Shown here piece after piece: positions 63,748 through 64,000 of a stretch of 64,000 nucleotides of DNA (position 1 is its first letter; every line of letters starts with the position of its first letter). The notes below the pieces were generated by a model, which worked only from the letters and a program-made list of their open reading frames with translations, did not search any database and was not told the DNA's origin. The DNA comes from the human T2T-CHM13v2.0 reference genome, Homo sapiens, in assembly GCF_009914755.1 (NCBI RefSeq), contig NC_060935.1, one strand, 5' to 3'. The position numbers and the translations under genes are program-made.

Positions 63748-64000
63748 TGATTTAACATCTTCTGTCTGTATTTCATGGAAGACATTTATGATGCTGCTCT
63801 GTGGTGCAGAGTACCAATAACAAATGCTGATTGCTGCTGTCATTCAGTATGCTCTTTTTTAAAATTGAAAGTTATTACAATGGCGTAACTTAGTTATAAT
63901 GACAGAGCTTAGTTAAATTTTGCTTATTCAGATAATTTTGCTTAAACCATATTTTTTGTTTACAGTTATTCCCATGAATTTTAAATGTATCAGATAAGCA

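Overview
Human-type (primate) genomic DNA that I recognise from the translated exons as the 11p15.1 HTATIP2-PRMT3 locus. Bases 1-24000 are repeat-dense and intergenic. They hold a decayed MER34-like ERV1 provirus (about 607-11864) with a full-length dead L1PA8-like LINE and Alus nested inside it, plus MaLR LTRs, a truncated MER11A LTR and a TA microsatellite. The complete HTATIP2 (TIP30/CC3) gene lies on + at about 24450-44460. Its six exons can be assembled into 276-aa, 242-aa and 133-aa (TC3) products. About 4 kb downstream is the CpG-island promoter of PRMT3, followed by exons 1-8 (codons 1-257); the gene continues past the window. I see no wholly new gene system. The most interesting unexplained signals are: a ~160-bp inverted templated insertion in HTATIP2 intron 3; a dual-frame PRMT3 exon 3 coupled to a (TG)n exon-2 acceptor; a Met-Leu-stop uORF overlapping the long HTATIP2 start; a series of NRF2/AP-1 elements; divergent CTCF motifs bracketing HTATIP2; and an enhancer-like non-repetitive intronic block. 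Repeat subfamily names and boundaries are by-eye estimates.
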